Below, piece by piece: positions 56,611 to 61,831 of a stretch of 61,831 nucleotides of DNA. Numbering within the stretch: the stretch's first letter is position 1; every line of letters starts with the position of its first letter. A program made the translations under genes and the position numbers. Under the pieces are notes generated by a model. The model was not told where the DNA came from and did not search any database. It worked only from the letters and a program-made list of their open reading frames with translations. Source of the DNA: Candidatus Hermodarchaeum yapensis (GTDB lineage: Archaea; Asgardarchaeota; Hermodarchaeia; Hermodarchaeales; Hermodarchaeaceae); contig JAEOSK010000015.1 in NCBI GenBank assembly GCA_016840405.1, positions 1 through 61,831 on the forward strand, read 5' to 3'.

Positions 56611-57936
56611 TCACCCTACGTTATGGTGGCAACAGACTTCTTTATATTCGGTGAAGAGTGGGCAGCCTCCACCGCACGCTTTGAGGAGCTCACATGAAAG
56701 GCATTCTTCAGCGAGTTTAGTATGTCCTCGTAGTGCCTTTGCTGTTGGATGGTTCCAAATTGCATCCCAAGAGTCTTTGAGAATGTTTCCCAAGGGTTCA
56801 AAGTAGCTTTGACAGGGGAGAACATTTGCATTAGGTTCAATTGCAAGGCTTGAGTAAGCTGCGCTGCAGCGTCGTGGACCCAGCCCATATTCAGTAGGAT
56901 CGAAGTGACAGTACATGGTGGGTGAATACCAAATGAGTCGCATGTCGTGTTCACTGGCCTCGGCGAGGATATCGGTGATGATTTCATCAAGTTCTTCTTC
57001 CGGAATGGCTTGTTTATCTGCCACATCGCGTCCGCTACCTGAATAGATAAGGCCGTTCATGGCAAATGGCTTCTGACCCAATTTTGCCAAGAATGCAACA
57101 GTATCGGTGATTGTCGGTCGGTTTAGCTGTGTGAGGGTCGTGTTGGTGATGGTATAGATATCGGTGGCGATGAAACGCTTGAGCCCAGCAACAGTTTCTT
57201 CCCAGGCTCCTTGAACACCTACCATTTGGTCGTGAATTTCGGGTAGATGTGATTCCAAGGTGATTTGCACGTAATCTATCCCAGCTTTCACCAAATCATC
57301 AACCAGATCCTGTGTCAGGTGCCGCCCATTGGTGACAAGTCCTGCGATAATACCGATTTCCTCAGCATATTGCACAAGTTCGACAAGATCATCACGAAGT
57401 GTCGGTTCGCCACCTGTGAAAGTAACATGAGGAACAGCTACACCGAGGAGGGCATCAAGGACCTGCTTCCATTTACTGGTTTCAATTTCTTTGGTAGCAT
57501 CCCAGCTGCGACGTTCTGGAGGTACATAACAATGTGAACACGCATTATTACAACGGTAGGTGAGTGCAAGGTCAACCCGGTATGGGGCAGAGGGCTCATG
57601 GGAGAAAGGCTCGACTTCACCAAAGTCAAAGGTTTCAATAGGCGAAACATCGGGCTCCGCAATGAAAGACAAGATCTTATCCTTTAATTCATTGTAATCC
57701 GCTCGAATCGCATCAGGTTTTGCACCCCTATATTTCTCACGGATGAAAGAAATGACCTCATCCTCCGATTTCCCTTCCACCGCAGCAATAGCATAATCAT
57801 AACCAGTTTCATTTAAGAAAAGTAAACGTGAGGCATCGACAACGATTGTACCACCTTTAGGCTCCTTCCGGAGATGAAACCGGTGGCCCTCTAATTCGCC
57901 TTTACCAAAAATGATTTTTCCAGTTTGAGACTCCAT
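56611..57936 (-). CDS. Radical SAM/SPASM protein with N-terminal PqqD/RRE-like domain
   Basis: CNNACSHC, TGGEP, TNG; SPASM CSAA..PC..CLSC..CGGGC; N-terminal LNETG..I..Y..D winged-helix pattern. Confidence 0.88.
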   Translation of the reverse strand: MESQTGKIIFGKGELEGHRFHLRKEPKGGTIVVDASRLLFLNETGYDYAIAAVEGKSEDEVISFIREKYRGAKPDAIRADYNELKDKILSFIAEPDVSPIETFDFGEVEPFSHEPSAPYRVDLALTYRCNNACSHCYVPPERRSWDATKEIETSKWKQVLDALLGVAVPHVTFTGGEPTLRDDLVELVQYAEEIGIIAGLVTNGRHLTQDLVDDLVKAGIDYVQITLESHLPEIHDQMVGVQGAWEETVAGLKRFIATDIYTITNTTLTQLNRPTITDTVAFLAKLGQKPFAMNGLIYSGSGRDVADKQAIPEEELDEIITDILAEASEHDMRLIWYSPTMYCHFDPTEYGLGPRRCSAAYSSLAIEPNANVLPCQSYFEPLGNILKDSWDAIWNHPTAKALRGHTKLAEECLSCELLKACGGGCPLFTEYKEVCCHHNVG

Positions 57937-58104
57937 TCATGACGCTCCTTACCAGAGATATGTCTTCCTTTTCGTATCATCAAGAAAAGTCTATCGAAGA
58001 CTGAGTACTTATCGAAAAATTAAGGATATGTGAAGGAATTAAGTTGGTTCGTAATGCTTTTCGGGTTATATTATAATGATGAATATTGGAAGTTGTCCAC
58101 CACA

Positions 58105-58701
58105 ATGTCGCGAATTGAAGAAATGGAACAATTAGCCGCAATTTCGAACCTTGGACCTATTGCGCGACGATATTTTGCGATGAATGCCTTTGATGGAACC
58201 TTAACCATCATGGGAATTATTTTAGCATCGCATTTTGCCCTCCATCATGATGCGAGGGCAATTGTAACCGCAGGAATCGGTGCATGCCTAGCCATGATGT
58301 TTTCTGGATTAGCCGGCACTTATCTAGCAGAAAAAGCAGAAAGAGAACGCGAATTCAAAGAAATGGAACGAGCTATGCTACGAAAATTAGACCAAACCAT
58401 CGTTAAAAAAGCGTCACGGTTTGCGATTATTGTCTCATCAATTGTAGACGGATTTGCACCATTTTTAGCGGGATTGATTCTTCTTACCCCGTTCATTCTA
58501 ATTGTCGCTAGTATACCCTTAGCATGGGACGTCGCTGTCTGGATTTCTGGAGGCGTAGGATTTTTGATGCTTTTCTTATTGGGAATCTTTCTTGGGCGGG
58601 TCTCTGAACAAAATCCGTGGTTCTATGGTCTACAGACACTTGGAGCAGGAGTAGCTACGGCCGTAGCGATTATTATGTTAGAATTATTTCTCACTGTGTA
58701 G
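58105..58701 (+). CDS. VIT1/CCC1-family membrane protein
   Basis: RRYFAMNAFDG, GTYLAEKAER, multi-TM; ORF from 58030, likely ATG at 58105. Confidence 0.82.
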   Translation: MSRIEEMEQLAAISNLGPIARRYFAMNAFDGTLTIMGIILASHFALHHDARAIVTAGIGACLAMMFSGLAGTYLAEKAEREREFKEMERAMLRKLDQTIVKKASRFAIIVSSIVDGFAPFLAGLILLTPFILIVASIPLAWDVAVWISGGVGFLMLFLLGIFLGRVSEQNPWFYGLQTLGAGVATAVAIIMLELFLTV

Positions 58702-59514
58702 TATAGAACTCTGTATAGATTCAGGGAGCCGTAAGGCCTGCTTTTCTGCCAAGTATGCGTTCAATTGACAAAGTTGTGGCGCCGTGTTCTCGAAATCCTT
58801 GAGGCTATGGCTGTCTGACCCAACGAAAAACTTCGCACCAGACAGGATAAGTTCATCAATTATCTGAGGATCTGGATGCATTCGACCCCAAGGATGATTT
58901 AGCCCACGCAAATTTACTTCAATGAGGACACCTTGCTCTTGACAAAGTAATCCCAATTCCTTTGTCCGTTGTTTCCAAAGTGAATTTACTTCGGGACTTC
59001 CCGGAAAAAGCGGTAAAAAGCGCATCACTCCATCAATATGAGCAATTCCGGAGAAAAGTTGTGACCGAATAGCAGACTCCACTTCATCAAAGTAGCGTTC
59101 CAGAATTTCGCGAAGACCAATCGTCTTCACGAGTTCTTCCATTTCTTCGACGATTGTCAGTGCCAACCGATCAATAGTGTGGACTACACCTATGAAATAG
59201 TCAAAGTCTTTCTTATAATCGTCACAGAACTCAGCGAGCTGAGGTGCTAAGTCAGTGTAATAATCGACTTCTAACCCGAGCGATGTGTAAGGATACTGGG
59301 AATGAACTCGATCATACTCTTCAAGTAAACGCGGGAAACGGTTAGGATTCAAGTAGTCAATCCGGTCAAGAAAGGCGAGTTCGAAATGATCGAGAAACCC
59401 AATATGGATGGCAAGTTGGTTTGCACATCGAGCATAGGCTTCAAGTGGTGTCGAAGAATCCGGACTGAATTCGGTGTGTAAGTGCAAATCATAGCTTGAT
59501 GGTGTATTTGTCAT
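58684..59514 (-). CDS. PHP-family phosphoesterase (histidinol-phosphatase-like)
   Basis: DLHLHTEFSPDS, LDH, GLEVD, GVVH, AHID, EVN, GSDSH. Confidence 0.88.
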   Translation of the reverse strand: MTNTPSSYDLHLHTEFSPDSSTPLEAYARCANQLAIHIGFLDHFELAFLDRIDYLNPNRFPRLLEEYDRVHSQYPYTSLGLEVDYYTDLAPQLAEFCDDYKKDFDYFIGVVHTIDRLALTIVEEMEELVKTIGLREILERYFDEVESAIRSQLFSGIAHIDGVMRFLPLFPGSPEVNSLWKQRTKELGLLCQEQGVLIEVNLRGLNHPWGRMHPDPQIIDELILSGAKFFVGSDSHSLKDFENTAPQLCQLNAYLAEKQALRLPESIQSSILHSEK

Positions 59515-60042
59515 TCTATGGTCACGGAAGAAATGTAGTAGTTGTGACAAAGCGTTTTCGTCGTTGATATAGTATTCGAAACCGTTTGGTGCATAAGATG
59601 TGAGTTTTACTTCTTGTATGATGCCACAGTTTTTGATCATGCTCCAAAGAGGAATGCGCCAGGAACCGTAGCAATGTATTGTGCTGACATTATGAATCCA
59701 AGGTAAACTTCAGGTTGAGGATCAAGACTAAATTCAGCACCTATTGGACCAACTAAGAATTGATCAAAGTAAGCCCAATGGTGTCATATGCCCAGCCGAG
59801 AGCTCAGGCAAAGAAGACATTGATTTTTTCTTTTCGAGTGAAGGGGTTGATATCCAAAAAGTTGCCTCCAAATGCGATGGAGAAAGTGGAAAATCAAGTA
59901 ACCAGGCCTATGACTTGTTTTTTCCATAAAGGGCTTTTGACAGGCTAGAATTATCGTGTTTAAGACAGATTGAGTCATCTAGAAATTGAAATGAATATCG
60001 AGATTTCGAAGATATTACAAAGCAGTAAATTGCAGTTACATG

Positions 60043-60945
60043 CTAGTAAATTGCCCGTCCGATATCTTCAATGAAAGCAGACCTGTATTCAAGGAGAACT
60101 TGTGGATCCTCAACGAAAATTGTGAATGCGTATGTAAAAGCTACATGAGAAATTGATGTAAGCGCATATACGGGTTCAAAACCGAATTTTTTCTTCCACC
60201 GTTTGCATACTTCGCTTAGGATTGGCTCATATTTTTCATGTGATTCCTTTACTGGAAACCTTAGTTCGAGAGTATACTGGATGAGATTGGTAGTATCCAT
60301 TACCTCGCTAATGACCTCCCAAATTCGCCGTGGTAAAGAAGTCCCTTCAACTGATTCTTCCTGCGATTCGGCAGAGGACTTTGGTTTGCGTTTGTGTTTA
60401 AAACGGAAGTTGGTAACCGATGAGTTCATGACGTTATTATTGGGAATGAGCGTGATGGATCCATCAATCTGGCGTAGTTTCGTATAATTCAAACTGATTT
60501 CAAGGACAATTCCTTCGTTGGAACCGATTCGAACATAATCACCAATATCAAAGGGGTCAGATATCATGATATAAAGACCAGCAACGAAGTTCCGCATTGC
60601 TAGACTAATTGCAAGACCTCCCGCTAACCCGATGATTACAGATGCACTACCCACGATTTCTAGGGCATAGCCCCACAATAGAGGCACATTCGTTGCAAGT
60701 GCCACGATGCCAAGCCAGATAAAGAGCAACCGTATTGCAAGAACGAGTCCATTAATTGCATCTGGTGGGATTCCACCGCGTGATACCCTTCGGCGAAGAA
60801 AACTGGTTAAAAGACTAGCAATGATAGCCAGAACAATCCAGGTGAGTATTAATACAATGATAGGTACGATCCAAGGCCACCACGTATTCCAGAATTCAAT
60901 TAATCCTTGGATTAAGGCTTGAATGGGGTCGGTTGGGATCTGCAT
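60043..60945 (-). CDS. MscS-family mechanosensitive channel
   Basis: TM helices, NFVAG..PFDIGDYV..G.V.EI.L.YT..IPN..V.N. Confidence 0.88.
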   Translation of the reverse strand: MQIPTDPIQALIQGLIEFWNTWWPWIVPIIVLILTWIVLAIIASLLTSFLRRRVSRGGIPPDAINGLVLAIRLLFIWLGIVALATNVPLLWGYALEIVGSASVIIGLAGGLAISLAMRNFVAGLYIMISDPFDIGDYVRIGSNEGIVLEISLNYTKLRQIDGSITLIPNNNVMNSSVTNFRFKHKRKPKSSAESQEESVEGTSLPRRIWEVISEVMDTTNLIQYTLELRFPVKESHEKYEPILSEVCKRWKKKFGFEPVYALTSISHVAFTYAFTIFVEDPQVLLEYRSAFIEDIGRAIY

Positions 60946-61006
60946 ATTCGTAACGCCTCAAACTGTGGGATAGAAAATGCCCTTCAGTATTATTTCAGCC
61001 TTTGGC

Positions 61007-61738
61007 TCATTGATTATTCGTCATTTTTGATAAGATACGGAGACCCTGTGAGGCGGAATAACAACCCGATACAAGAAGTATGGTCCCAATCCCAAAGAAG
61101 AGGTACGCGTATGGTGCATAAGCACCTGCATAGTTAAGCACAAACTCAGTCCTGTTTTGCCTAACTAGAATCCAACTGCGAAACTCGACATCGCCAGTTT
61201 CCCGTATGATTTCAATTATTGTATCATTAGTTGTGTAACACTCAAAGGTTTGATATCCTGGATACTGCGAGTTGACATAATTCCACGTCTGATTTACAGA
61301 ACCATCTCGAGTGTAAGCCATGACGGTAACCGAGGAATGATTGACGAAGAACGTTCGAAGCTCAATTGTACTATCCTCAATATTCAATAGGGTTCTATTT
61401 ACACGAGGAACAGATTGGCTAACTATGCCTGAAAATTCACCGAAATCGGTATATTCCTGAGGATGATAGCAAAGAAAATAGTGAGATCTTGTGAGTGAAG
61501 GATAACTCAGACTGAGAAAAAGGATGCCAAGACTACAAAATATCAAGGCTCGTCTCCATAGTCGATTCTGGATAAACAGTTTTTCGAAGCGGTATTTACT
61601 CAACCCAATGAGAATAAGTAGGATTCCAAAAACGAGCAAAATGATATCTAAAGGAAATCTCAAAGATATTAGAGGTGATGGAGGAAGTGGGAGTGAACCG
61701 TTCACTAAGACCCAAAAGGAAAAATTTGCTGGAGCCAT
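61007..61738 (-). CDS. Hypothetical membrane protein
   Basis: 243-aa ORF with N- and C-terminal TM helices and a loop rich in N-x-S/T sequons. Confidence 0.6.
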   Translation of the reverse strand: MAPANFSFWVLVNGSLPLPPSPLISLRFPLDIILLVFGILLILIGLSKYRFEKLFIQNRLWRRALIFCSLGILFLSLSYPSLTRSHYFLCYHPQEYTDFGEFSGIVSQSVPRVNRTLLNIEDSTIELRTFFVNHSSVTVMAYTRDGSVNQTWNYVNSQYPGYQTFECYTTNDTIIEIIRETGDVEFRSWILVRQNRTEFVLNYAGAYAPYAYLFFGIGTILLVSGCYSASQGLRILSKMTNNQ

Positions 61739-61831
61739 ATCGTATTGAATGATAAGAGAAAAATCAGAATGCCATACATAGAATTCACGATTGATTGGTT
61801 CATTTGTAAGATTATAGAAATTTGGAACGGT

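Noticed and set aside
59515-60042. Short ORFs (59744-59929, 59760-59948, 59784-59978) as a RiPP precursor or small protein
   Set aside because: Mutually overlapping, with no clear RBS or motif; cannot support any, though the ~500-bp gap remains unexplained
1-61831. CRISPR array or Cas12-type system associated with the TnpB genes
   Set aside because: No regularly spaced direct repeats or cas genes seen

Overview
Archaeal chromosomal window, most likely from an Asgard archaeon. This is inferred from an adjacent eukaryote-type ubiquitin E2 + E1 pair, two actin-family genes, PolB1, TFB, archaeal LeuRS/ThrRS, ABCE1 and a nurA-herA-mre11-rad50 operon. The housekeeping backbone also holds a NikR-type-regulated Zn/Mn/Ni ABC transporter, two tRNA-Arg genes and various enzymes. 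Mobile DNA comprises two LAGLIDADG inteins in PolB1 and four solo, mostly decayed tnpB (IS200/IS605, IS1341-like) elements; three of them share TTAT|CTA left and hairpin-TTCAC right ends. Best candidates for undescribed biology: (1) a cluster at ~18.6-26.0 kb with two tandem divergent actin-related proteins (D-loop-sized deletion, no C-terminal tail, His161 lost), apparently co-transcribed with small coiled-coil/polyproline proteins, facing a coiled-coil/Pro-rich/WH2-like protein and near a mu-adaptin/delta-COP-like beta-sandwich protein; (2) a Rad50 in the canonical nurA-herA-mre11-rad50 operon whose zinc hook is replaced by a predicted transmembrane hairpin. All family assignments come from reading motifs by eye; no searches were run. 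No CRISPR array or rRNA was seen.
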